A stretch of 64,000 nucleotides of DNA from Methanolobus sp. (GTDB lineage: Archaea; Halobacteriota; Methanosarcinia; Methanosarcinales; Methanosarcinaceae): the NCBI RefSeq assembly GCF_016278385.1, contig NZ_JADQBY010000003.1, forward strand, positions 641 to 64,640, in the 5' to 3' direction. Position 1 is the stretch's first letter. Each line of letters opens with the position of its first letter. Of this stretch, positions 19,470 through 27,629 are shown piece after piece. Made by a program: the position numbers and the translations under genes. Below the pieces are notes generated by a model that ran no database searches, was not told the DNA's origin, and saw only the letters and a list, made by a program, of their open reading frames with translations.

Positions 19470-19736
19470 ATGAACAGGAAATACATGAATTTCTGCCAGA
19501 GTTGCGGAATGCCTCAGCAGAATAATGGAGATTTCGGGACAAATGCAGATGGTTCAAAGAATTATGATTACTGTGCTTATTGCTACCAGGATGGTACATT
19601 CATCGAACCTGATATCTCCATGCAGGAAATGGTGGACAAATGCACCCACATTATGTCTGAGATGAAACAGATACCTGAAAGTGAGGCAAGGGCAATGAAT
19701 ATGCAATTCATACCCTACCTTAAAAGATGGAAGTAA
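19470..19736 (+). CDS. zinc-ribbon domain protein
   Basis: CQSCGMP...GTNADGSKNYDYCAYCYQDGTF matches the putative zinc-ribbon (Zn_ribbon_2-like) pattern. Confidence 0.6.
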   Translation: MNRKYMNFCQSCGMPQQNNGDFGTNADGSKNYDYCAYCYQDGTFIEPDISMQEMVDKCTHIMSEMKQIPESEARAMNMQFIPYLKRWK

Positions 19737-19762
19737 AAAGGGGATTAAACATCCCCTTTTTC
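19737..19762 (+). terminator. hairpin plus T-tract
   Basis: AAAGGGGAT-taaac-ATCCCCTTT immediately after the stop codon, followed by TTT. Confidence 0.55.
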
Positions 19763-19830
19763 ATAATAGGACTATTGAAGAGATTATTGTATATTCCCTA
19801 GATTGATACTTCCAAATACAATCTACGGTT

Positions 19831-20055
19831 TCATTTCTTTGCGGTACTAAAGCCCATAAGAGAGTATGGCGTGCAGTGGCGCAAAATAGATGAGAAAAGT
19901 CCCACAAAAGCAATAATGGCAATTACCCATTGCCATATGCCCGGAGCTACCAAATCCATTGCAAGGACAATTATTGCTGCTGTCCCAAAAAGTGCTCTGA
20001 AAATAAGATCAAACCCACCTACATTCTCCTTGAAGAATAATTCATTCATATCCAT
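19831..20055 (-). CDS. DUF2892-like small membrane protein
   Basis: Two TM helices and a C-terminal RHCTPYSLMGFST motif (CPxYxLxGxxT-like). Confidence 0.6.
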   Translation of the reverse strand: MDMNELFFKENVGGFDLIFRALFGTAAIIVLAMDLVAPGIWQWVIAIIAFVGLFSSILRHCTPYSLMGFSTAKK

Positions 20056-20247
20056 ATTTTGACCCCCATTATTAAATTATCCAGAAGCGATTAAAATCAA
20101 TGCTTCATAAGTAATTAATATGAAGGAATGAACAGATAAATGAATTTCTTGAGTAAAAGGATTTTGAAACAAAATCAAAATAATGAAAGATAAAATAGTG
20201 GATCTATAATTTCAGGTCTACGTCCAAAATTCAGTTCTCTTTTGGTT

Positions 20248-21612
20248 TCAGACCTGAGATATTGATGCCTTGAGTTTGGTAACTTCCCTTTTCATTAAGA
20301 TCACCGCTACGACAAACCCCAAAAAATCAGATATCGGGAACGATACCCATATACCTGTCAGGTCCATGAACAATGGAAGTATAAATACAAGGGGTGGCAA
20401 AAAGAAGATCTGCCTTGAGAGTGTGATCATCAGTGATTCTTTAGACTTGCCAAGAGACTGAAGTAGGGCCATTGCCACGACCTGAGTTCCTATGAACGGC
20501 ATCATCAGGAAACTTATCTTTATTGCCGGCACCCCCATCTCTATAAGTCCGGAATCACTGCTGAAAACACGGAATATCTGTTCAAGGATGAGGAAAACAC
20601 TAATTACACTCAGTGTACACATGCCAAATACAATATAATTTGAAATGGAGACGGTTTCCCAGACCCTCCCAAAATTGCCGGCACCGTAGTTAAAACCAAT
20701 AATCGGCTGGATCCCATGCTTGATACCTATTATAGGCATAAGAGTGAGCATGAAGACCTTGATGATTATTCCGAATACAGCGATTGCCATATCCCCTCCA
20801 TATATCAGGAGGCTCTGATTCAGCAGAATGAAGACCAGACTTTCAACTGAATTGAAAATGAACTCTGACATCCCTATACTTATGGTCTCCCAGGAAAGAG
20901 CAATATCAGGCACCATATATGCAAGCTTCAATGGGATTATGCTGATGTTGCTTGTATAATAGTGAACTACCAATACACAGCCAACTATCTGGGATATGAC
21001 CGTTGCAACAGCTGCCCCCATTATTCCCATGTTGAACTCAAAGATGAAGAGCGGGTCAAGTATGATGTTCACAACACTTGAGATCAACATGACGGACATT
21101 GCAAACTTTGCATGTCCTTCTGCTCTTATGGTATTGCTCAATGCTGCGGAGAATGCAAAGAATATGGTTCCCATGAGTATGTACTTCGTATACTCCCTTG
21201 CAAAAGGAAGTATGCTCTGCGATGCTCCGAATACTTTCAGCACAGGGTCAATGAATGCCAGTCCCAGAATAGTGAAGATCACACTGGATATGATGACCAG
21301 CATAACCATATTCCCCAGGGTCCTTTCAGCCTTTTTGTGATCACCCATGCCAAGAGCTCTTGAGATGAGTGATGCTCCTCCAATACCCAGCCCCATGGAA
21401 ATGCCCATCATGAGCATCTGTACAGGGAATGCAACAGAGATCCCGGCAATTCCAAAGGCACTATCTGCCCCCAGTCCCCTGCCCACAAAGATGGTATCCA
21501 CAAGATTGTAGAATGCCTGAACGAGCAACCCTACGATTGCAGGAGTTGACATCCTGTAGATGAGCTTTTTTATGTTCTCATTGGCAAGTATGTCATATCT
21601 TTCGTTTTTCAT
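20248..21612 (-). CDS. MATE-family efflux transporter
   Basis: 454 aa with about 12 TM helices. The N-terminus PAIVGLLVQAFYNLVDTIFVGRGLG is typical of MATE/NorM. Confidence 0.9.
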   Translation of the reverse strand: MKNERYDILANENIKKLIYRMSTPAIVGLLVQAFYNLVDTIFVGRGLGADSAFGIAGISVAFPVQMLMMGISMGLGIGGASLISRALGMGDHKKAERTLGNMVMLVIISSVIFTILGLAFIDPVLKVFGASQSILPFAREYTKYILMGTIFFAFSAALSNTIRAEGHAKFAMSVMLISSVVNIILDPLFIFEFNMGIMGAAVATVISQIVGCVLVVHYYTSNISIIPLKLAYMVPDIALSWETISIGMSEFIFNSVESLVFILLNQSLLIYGGDMAIAVFGIIIKVFMLTLMPIIGIKHGIQPIIGFNYGAGNFGRVWETVSISNYIVFGMCTLSVISVFLILEQIFRVFSSDSGLIEMGVPAIKISFLMMPFIGTQVVAMALLQSLGKSKESLMITLSRQIFFLPPLVFILPLFMDLTGIWVSFPISDFLGFVVAVILMKREVTKLKASISQV

Positions 21613-21792
21613 ACAATGGACCCCGGATGATTAGGGACTGTTGAGACTCATAATACAAATCTTTTCCATATAAGTACCTGTCATTCAGAGCCTGCTGGCT
21701 CGACCGGATTGTAAGCCACATTGACTTATTTTTTGGTTATCCCTTAATTGCAAAAAATCAAAAAAATAAGATTCTGTATAGAAGCATGATAA

Positions 21793-21921
21793 TCATTGAA
21801 CAAAATACCATATCATTCCAATCAAAACTCCTATTAGTATCCATACTTTAAACATACTAAAACCACAGGAACCACCACGACAGCATGAATTATGTTGTGC
21901 ATCAGCTTTTTCTTTTGACAT
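21793..21921 (-). CDS. candidate 42-aa Cys-rich single-TM micro-protein (not in ORF track)
   Basis: Own translation: MSKEKADAQHNSCCRGGSCGFSMFKVWILIGVLIGMIWYFVQ*. GAGGA lies about 9 nt upstream of the ATG. No homology was recognised. Confidence 0.3.
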   Translation of the reverse strand: MSKEKADAQHNSCCRGGSCGFSMFKVWILIGVLIGMIWYFVQ

Positions 21922-22048
21922 TGAATATCACATCCTCAGGATCATTGAATTATCTGTTAATATGTTTGATACCGCCTTTTTATCTATGGAAGTAAAAAAC
22001 TAATCGATATTGTAATTTAATGGATGTTGAATGAATAAAAAGAAGTAA

Positions 22049-22063
22049 AGTACATCAGCCGGG
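22049..22063. repeat. attL core AGTACATCAGCCGGG
   Basis: Identical to 34148-34162. It lies 48 nt upstream of the integrase ATG. Confidence 0.8.
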
Positions 22064-22110
22064 TGTATATAACGAAAGTTTATACACCTAAACCACATAT
22101 TAAAGAATAT

Positions 22111-23310
22111 ATGACTCGCAATGTGGACGATGTACACGCTTTTGATACTGGTTTTTTAAAAGCAATGGAAAGGTTGGACGAACTCGATACCTCCGAAGAA
22201 AACAAGGCCATTGTTAAGAAGTTCATCAAAAGCTGCAGGCTGGACGGCCTGGCAAAAAGTACCCTTACCCACTACACCAACCAGTTGAAGAGAATGATTC
22301 AAAGGCTCCCGGAAAGTGGTTTTGAAGGCACAATTGACAAACTCGATGAAGATGCTTTCTACGACTTCATCATATACCTGGAAGATAAGGCGCAACTGTC
22401 ACACAATGAGATCCGGAATTACAAGAAGGTCGTGAGGAAGCTCTACAGACACATATATGGCGACAATGTGCCCAGGTGGGTAGAGAAGATCAAATTAGGG
22501 ACCGTAGAAACACATGTGCAGCCTCAGGACCTGCCTGAAAAGGATATGATAGACAAGATGATCAAGGTCTGCACGAATGCCCGAAATAGGGCCCTTGTGG
22601 CAACCTTCTATGACGGTGGGTTCCGTCCTGGGGCACTAATCTCCTGCAGGGTTGGAAATGTCGAGTCAAATGATTACGGATCAATCGTATATCTCTCAAA
22701 AACATCGAGATCAAAGAAAACCACACCGGCAAAGGGAATACCTCTCACATGGTCTTCAGGTTACCTGCAGCAATGGTTAGCCGTGCATCCTCTCCGGGAC
22801 GACCCCGAAGCGCCTCTGTGGGTTACTCTTGACAAGAACCATACTGCAATGAGTTACAAGACGTTCCGCGTAACCATACAGAAGATAGCAAAGGACGCAG
22901 GTATCAAGGACTTCTATCCTTACCTGTTGCGGCACAAGGCAATAACCGATTGGATCCTGCAGGGGTTCAATGAACAGACAATTAACCACCGTGCAGGATG
23001 GTCAAAGGGCAGCACACAGATGTATAAGGTCTATGGCAATTTTACGGACCAGGAAATGAATGATGTGGTCTATGAGAAGTATGGCCTTAAGAAGGATGAT
23101 AAGAAGCAGGTAACATTGAGCAATTGCCCACGTTGTCACAACATTCTCCGGCCCGAGGATAAGTTCTGCTCACAGTGTTCCCTTGTCTTGGACCACCAAG
23201 CACTCGATGAGATCGGCAAATATGAGGCCAGGATTCCGGAGATCTTGCAGTTGGTGATGAGGTCGGAAGAGGCAAGAAAACTGCTAGCTAAGATGGGTGA
23301 AAAAGAGTAA
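22111..23310 (+). CDS. int: tyrosine recombinase/integrase with a C-terminal zinc ribbon
   Basis: N-terminal SAM-like domain. Catalytic region ARNRALVATFYDGGFRPGAL...YLLRHKAITDW...GWSKGSTQMYKVYGNF. C-terminal CPRCHNILRPEDKFCSQC. The ORF-track GTG at 22063 sits inside att, so the ATG at 22111 is more likely. Confidence 0.9.
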   Translation: MTRNVDDVHAFDTGFLKAMERLDELDTSEENKAIVKKFIKSCRLDGLAKSTLTHYTNQLKRMIQRLPESGFEGTIDKLDEDAFYDFIIYLEDKAQLSHNEIRNYKKVVRKLYRHIYGDNVPRWVEKIKLGTVETHVQPQDLPEKDMIDKMIKVCTNARNRALVATFYDGGFRPGALISCRVGNVESNDYGSIVYLSKTSRSKKTTPAKGIPLTWSSGYLQQWLAVHPLRDDPEAPLWVTLDKNHTAMSYKTFRVTIQKIAKDAGIKDFYPYLLRHKAITDWILQGFNEQTINHRAGWSKGSTQMYKVYGNFTDQEMNDVVYEKYGLKKDDKKQVTLSNCPRCHNILRPEDKFCSQCSLVLDHQALDEIGKYEARIPEILQLVMRSEEARKLLAKMGEKE

Positions 23311-23329
23311 AGTAAAAATGATGCAGGCA

Positions 23330-23710
23330 TCAGGCAACTACAGCTAAAGATTCAGACCCTACCGGCAAGTTCATGGAGTTGAGTGCAGAGGCCTGTATAA
23401 CATGTGGAGTGGGGGCATTCCTTTTCAAGACACTAAAAACTAGTTCCACTCTAATCATCTTTTTAGAAATTTTAACATTCATATTTAGTGCTTTATAGTT
23501 TTTAACATCATATTTACTGATGCCGAATTTATCAGATACTTCGAGAATTTCCACACCCATTATAGAATTCTCTTCAGAGATATCTATGACAATCCCATCT
23601 AAGTCGATAGATGATTTATACTTCATCCCTTTAGAATACGCAAAGAAGCTATCATTTTGCATATCATAGTCAGCAGCATCTCCTTTTATTTTAATTCTGG
23701 TCTTGCCCAT
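23330..23710 (-). CDS. DUF2283-like protein (antitoxin-position partner)
   Basis: DYDMQNDSFFAY...DLDGIVIDISEENSIMGVEILEVS matches the DUF2283 YD..D...lD.d..G.lvGIEIl.aS pattern. It overlaps the upstream gene by 20 nt. Confidence 0.55.
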   Translation of the reverse strand: MGKTRIKIKGDAADYDMQNDSFFAYSKGMKYKSSIDLDGIVIDISEENSIMGVEILEVSDKFGISKYDVKNYKALNMNVKISKKMIRVELVFSVLKRNAPTPHVIQASALNSMNLPVGSESLAVVA

Positions 23711-24026
23711 CTGCTCTCACCCTCTTTCTTGATGCTTCTTTAAAACATGTTACCAACGAGAATTCTATAGGATTAACTTTTTTTATGCCAATGATTATGG
23801 TAAGGTCGTAGTCTTCATTATAGCGATACAAGACTTTAAACTTTCCCGTGAATTGCTCTAATATTCCAACTGGAGTACAATCGAATATTTTGGTGTATAC
23901 TTCTTTAATAAAATCTTCACCAAATCGGACTTTCATCCTCTCACGAAAGTGTTGTGTTTCATAGATATTATCTACCTTGATAGTAGATAGATATTGTCCA
24001 AAGGTGTAGATATCCATTTTTTCCAT
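23691..24026 (-). CDS. DUF4258-like small protein (toxin-position partner)
   Basis: ETQHFRERMKVRFG fits the H..eRm..R motif. About 110 aa, placed upstream of and overlapping a DUF2283 gene. The ATG at 24026 is preferred over the TTG at 24041. Confidence 0.45.
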   Translation of the reverse strand: MEKMDIYTFGQYLSTIKVDNIYETQHFRERMKVRFGEDFIKEVYTKIFDCTPVGILEQFTGKFKVLYRYNEDYDLTIIIGIKKVNPIEFSLVTCFKEASRKRVRADGQDQN

Positions 24027-24284
24027 ATAGTAACACCACAATACTCTCAGCGATTAGAAACATCTAAATCCGCCATACTATAAAAATTTAGTAGAATAAG
24101 TTAAAGACCTCAAAGAATATCTGTGGGGAAGGCGGTAGAGATGTGTGATTCGTGGGGTTGGTTGGGGGTGGATAAAAAAGGAATCACACACCTATATTTT
24201 ATTAATAATATTAAAATATAAAAATGTAGGTATTTTTACGGACCATAGAAGCTCTTTTATGGGAATTAAATCAAACGGGAGTGG

Positions 24285-25040
24285 TTATTTATCTAATTCA
24301 GCATCATCAAAGAAGACCACATATCTGCATCGACACCATCCGGATGGACCATCTCTTGTCTTGGTGGTGCAATCTGGATTAGGGATGGGCATTGTCTCGA
24401 GGGCCTCGTCAATCGTTAATACCTTACCATTGTTCTTGGCACATGCTTCACATGGACCAGGGGAGGAGATCTTGACCATTTCGACCCCCTCTTTGCGATA
24501 TTTAACCAATCGCATCTTTTCCGATTCTTGCTTTAGTCGAATGAAGTCTCTTCCTTCCCGGTACAATATTAATGACATTATCCATAACGTGTTTCTAATA
24601 GTGTCGATATCCTTTTTCTCGATGGCATTGTCATTTAGATTCTTGACCATCGTCCAAAGAACATCGACTGGCCCTGTCTTCTCTCCGTGCTCCTCTTTCA
24701 GATGTTTCCGCGTATTAACGTAATCATCTTGTGTGATGTTATAATATTCCAATCCTTTCAGTTGCTCGGCGACGAAGGCCACATCATCGGCTTCTTCTTC
24801 GGTCATTAACACCTTTTCTTCACCGATCATTGGCTTTCTAACGCGAATATAATTACTACAGTGGGGACACTTTTTCTTACCCTTTGGCATCTGTTCAAGT
24901 TCTGTATTACAGTAAGGACAGATAGGTGAGGGGCTTTCTTGGTCACCCGTGTGTTCGGGCAATTCGTCTTTAATGATCTCGGCTATTACCTGGCTACTCT
25001 CTTTTGAAGAAGGCCGTTTCAAGAAGTCAAACATCCCCAT
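24285..25040 (-). CDS. zinc-ribbon protein of unknown function
   Basis: N-terminal CPYCNTELEQMPKGKKKCPHC ribbon, a central helical region, and C-terminal CEACAKNNGKVLTIDEA...PIPNPDC...GWCRCRY. The C-terminal part weakly recalls the C..C..GK....P.HPNCRC end of Mu-F/SPP1-gp7-type proteins. Confidence 0.55.
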   Translation of the reverse strand: MGMFDFLKRPSSKESSQVIAEIIKDELPEHTGDQESPSPICPYCNTELEQMPKGKKKCPHCSNYIRVRKPMIGEEKVLMTEEEADDVAFVAEQLKGLEYYNITQDDYVNTRKHLKEEHGEKTGPVDVLWTMVKNLNDNAIEKKDIDTIRNTLWIMSLILYREGRDFIRLKQESEKMRLVKYRKEGVEMVKISSPGPCEACAKNNGKVLTIDEALETMPIPNPDCTTKTRDGPSGWCRCRYVVFFDDAELDK

Positions 25041-25171
25041 ATTTTAACGTCAAATCTAATTAGATTTCAACTTTGTTATTTGTTGCTGGGAAAAGGAAAT
25101 TGTTCAATGGTGTCCTGGAAAATCCACAAGGCCACAATGGCCCGAACCGGATACCATTGTAACCACAGCTC

Positions 25172-25501
25172 CTACTTCTTTTCGGATTGGCTAGTTGTTT
25201 CTTTTTGGCGTGCTTCCCACGAGTTGTTAATAATGTACGCCAGCGCGTCGTTTACCGTTTTGAGATTGAGCTGTTGCATAATGTATTCCATTTTTTTAAA
25301 TGCTTGATCAGTCAGGAAGATTGGTTCTTTCCTTCCGTCTCCATAGTTCAGCATGACTATATTTTCTATTCCGAAATTAGATAGCTGTTTGACACAGAAT
25401 TCTAAAGCGTGGCTGCGGCTTGAAAATATTTTTTCATCGACCATCCTGTCAAGCCATTTGACAAGATCATCGTCCATAGATACACTGAATCGTTCTTTCA
25501 T
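25172..25501 (-). CDS. ribbon-helix-helix (CopG/NikR-N-like) regulator with a C-terminal extension
   Basis: MKERFSVSMDDDLVKWLDRMVDEKIFSSRSHALEFCVKQL has the RHH pattern. It is divergent from the + strand operon. Confidence 0.65.
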   Translation of the reverse strand: MKERFSVSMDDDLVKWLDRMVDEKIFSSRSHALEFCVKQLSNFGIENIVMLNYGDGRKEPIFLTDQAFKKMEYIMQQLNLKTVNDALAYIINNSWEARQKETTSQSEKK

Positions 25502-25589
25502 GAAGTGAATACAATTCGACCAATGATAAACAATTCGATGATAATTTCACCAAACGTAATACTTAAATATAATGCCTGCTTAGATTGGT
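25502..25589. promoter_or_regulatory. divergent promoter/operator region of the element
   Basis: Direct repeats ACAATTCGA at 25511-25519 and 25530-25538. TATA-like TTAAATATAA at 25563-25572. RHH genes flank it on both sides. Confidence 0.4.
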
Positions 25590-25745
25590 ATGATGATTAC
25601 ACCAAATGTAACACACCGAATGACAGTTTCGCTCACAGAGGATGTACACGACGCCTTGAAAAGGGTAATCGATGCGCGAGAATGTGATAATTATTCACAG
25701 GCGATACGCAAAGCTGTGAGGGTAGCGTTTATAGAAAAGAAGTAA
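25590..25745 (+). CDS. small RHH protein (51 aa, not in ORF track)
   Basis: Own translation: MMITPNVTHRMTVSLTEDVHDALKRVIDARECDNYSQAIRKAVRVAFIEKK*. The beta-strand/helix/helix pattern is typical of Arc/CopG. An internal start at 25620 is possible. Confidence 0.55.
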   Translation: MMITPNVTHRMTVSLTEDVHDALKRVIDARECDNYSQAIRKAVRVAFIEKK

Positions 25746-25865
25746 TGCATTAAGGGACCCCAGGACCAAGGCCCCAGAGATCCACGTAATGACTCGCAAT
25801 CAATTATTGTGTTTCTCTGGCTTTAAAGGTTCTGGTCTCGGGTGTCCCTCCGGAGATCAGAGAAC

Positions 25866-25988
25866 ATGAGAAACCAATGGATATGTATGGATTGTGGAAA
25901 GATGGTATTCTTCCCAAGTGTAGACCCGGAAACAAGGCTTGTCGTGTGCACCTTCTGCAGACAACCAGCTCTTGAGGAGATCCCCTAG
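25866..25988 (+). CDS. 40-aa zinc-ribbon micro-protein (not in ORF track)
   Basis: Own translation: MRNQWICMDCGKMVFFPSVDPETRLVVCTFCRQPALEEIP*, with CxxC...CxxC. Confidence 0.45.
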   Translation: MRNQWICMDCGKMVFFPSVDPETRLVVCTFCRQPALEEIP

Positions 25989-26023
25989 GAACAGATCAGA
26001 GCTCAGGCGGTGATGGCGTGAAG

Positions 26024-26194
26024 ATGATTCTTGTGCCGTCCTGCAGGCGGTGTTTCTATCTTTCTAGCAATGATAGGGGAGAGTATTGTGATAATGAGGA
26101 TATCCAAGGAAGTCCCTTCATATCGAAAGATGATTATCTCAAATGCGGGATTCTCCCAAACTGTCCATTGAAAAACGCTCCGGAGGAAATCTAA
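26024..26194 (+). CDS. 56-aa Cys-rich micro-protein (not in ORF track)
   Basis: Own translation: MILVPSCRRCFYLSSNDRGEYCDNEDIQGSPFISKDDYLKCGILPNCPLKNAPEEI*. Its stop abuts the GTG of the next ORF. Confidence 0.35.
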   Translation: MILVPSCRRCFYLSSNDRGEYCDNEDIQGSPFISKDDYLKCGILPNCPLKNAPEEI

Positions 26195-26491
26195 GTGTAC
26201 ACCTGCATTAAGGATCCTGAAACCGGCAAGAGACTCTACGCGGATATTGTTGTGGGAGCACCCGCTGTAGAAAAATTTAGGTTGGAATATGCAGTCGCCC
26301 GGGATGTCGCTACTGAGGACCAATTCGTGGAGGATATCATCCGAGAGCTCCGAGGCGTCAAAATCAGGGACCGCGCTCTGCTCTCTGCCATACTCAAAGA
26401 TGCCTTCGGGGTATCGGCAGATGAGTGCCTTGAGCTCGTCCAGGCAGTTGAGGAAAGAATGATGGGAAGAATGCCAGGGGTGGGGATATGA
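26195..26491 (+). CDS. hypothetical protein
   Basis: 98 aa with balanced composition and an ATGA overlap with the next ORF. Preferred over the antisense 177-aa ORF 26003-26536. Confidence 0.5.
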   Translation: MYTCIKDPETGKRLYADIVVGAPAVEKFRLEYAVARDVATEDQFVEDIIRELRGVKIRDRALLSAILKDAFGVSADECLELVQAVEERMMGRMPGVGI

Positions 26492-26814
26492 CCCCTCGTC
26501 CACGTGCCCACTGTCCGGAATGTGATTCACTGACAATCAATCACGTGGTAAAGGAAGAGAAGTGGAAGTGTCACCAATGCGGATGGGCTGGCTCTGAGCC
26601 GGTGATGAGGTTGCAGGAGTCCTGGGAGATCTCCCGGGGTGAAAGCCACCACTGGCTTAAGCAACTCTATGATCTTCACAGAGAACATCCTGAGTATACC
26701 AGGAAGGACCTCCGGAAGTATGGCATGGTCGGTCAGGGTACAGTTGATCGATACTGGAACAGGTTCGTGGCCGGCAAGGTCCACGTGATAAGGCCATGGG
26801 GTGATGTGATATGA
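26488..26814 (+). CDS. zinc-ribbon plus helical (HTH-like) protein
   Basis: CPECDS...KCHQCGW ribbon followed by a basic helical C-terminus. Overlapping starts and stops at both ends. Confidence 0.55.
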   Translation: MTPRPRAHCPECDSLTINHVVKEEKWKCHQCGWAGSEPVMRLQESWEISRGESHHWLKQLYDLHREHPEYTRKDLRKYGMVGQGTVDRYWNRFVAGKVHVIRPWGDVI

Positions 26815-26897
26815 AGATGAAGCAAAGATGCCCTGTGTGCGGGAGGATCCTTCCGCATAACCTGCAGTGTCGCAGTTGTGGGAGGAGGAGAACGTGA
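26811..26897 (+). CDS. 28-aa zinc-ribbon micro-protein (not in ORF track)
   Basis: Own translation: MKMKQRCPVCGRILPHNLQCRSCGRRRT*. The ATG overlaps the upstream TGA. Confidence 0.35.
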   Translation: MKMKQRCPVCGRILPHNLQCRSCGRRRT

Positions 26898-27145
26898 ACA
26901 TGCCAGGCGCCTGTATCCATGGGACGGGGGTCCTTATGAACTCAGATACGACGAATACGCAGGAGTGTTCACAGAGGATGAGCTGCAGGTCATTACAGTA
27001 GACTATTCAAAAAGAAGGAGGTAGCTAACCAGAGACCGATTATTTATAAATCATGAGCTCGACAATAGAATTGTGAAGAAAAATTCAACTTTTCTTTATA
27101 TACTAGTAGTGAAAAAGTGAACATTACCAGATAAGGAGGCAGTAA

Positions 27146-27277
27146 ATGGCAGCCAAAGGATGGACGAGTATCCTTGTCAAAGAATCCACCAGAGATAAGA
27201 TCAAGCGAGAAGCCGATGTCGCGGGGATGAAGATGTATGCTCTGATAGATCAGAGATTCCCGGAGAAAACCAATTGA
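27146..27277 (+). CDS. 43-aa RHH-like micro-protein (not in ORF track)
   Basis: Own translation: MAAKGWTSILVKESTRDKIKREADVAGMKMYALIDQRFPEKTN*. AAGGAGG at 27133-27139 sits 6 nt upstream, with TATA-like boxes at 27041 and 27096. Confidence 0.45.
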   Translation: MAAKGWTSILVKESTRDKIKREADVAGMKMYALIDQRFPEKTN

Positions 27278-27629
27278 TAACAGAAGCGGGCATTTCATTA
27301 CCAATTCTGATAGCAGAAACAGTATTAAACTAAAGGAATTATATTAACAAAACGATAAGAAGGAAGCCACAGGTGTGCGCTAACACGCCTGCAGCTCGAA
27401 ACATGATTATACTCCAAGTATAACCCACATTTCAGACCATGTGGTATTACGCGGTAGGATATTATAATACTTTTTGTATGAACATTTGTTCTAACAAAAG
27501 GTATGCTGTTTTGAGCTTGTGGCCTTCCGGGAAGCGCCGCATGAATTTACCCGAAAACAGAAACACAATAGAAGTTGGGGGCAGTGCCCCCCTGAATTGC
27601 TATATGACCACCTGCACCACTAGGAGGCC

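Noticed and set aside
22039-22111. SSV-type split integrase (attP inside int, gene partitioned on integration)
   Set aside because: I reconstructed attP by joining 34147 to the core and to 22064. This places a TAG stop in the int frame at the core, and the + ORF entering the right end (GTG 34130) terminates at TAA right after the core. The integrase is therefore intact and starts downstream of att.
24145-24723. 192-aa + strand ORF
   Set aside because: It is antisense to the Zn-ribbon gene 24285-25040, which has clear CxxC motifs. The + strand product is Ser/Leu-rich with no features.
26003-26536. 177-aa minus-strand ORF inside the integrated element
   Set aside because: It is antisense to three + strand ORFs that are linked by stop/start abutment or overlap and have normal composition. 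The antisense product is His/Ser/Pro-rich with no motif. Long shadow ORFs are expected in this GC-richer segment.
26878-27024. 48-aa GTG-initiated + ORF (VGGGEREHARRLYPWDGGPYELRYDEYAGVFTEDELQVITVDYSKRRR*)
   Set aside because: The composition is plausible, but the start sits inside the preceding micro-ORF with no ribosome-binding site. It is too uncertain to list as a feature and is worth a tBLASTn check only.
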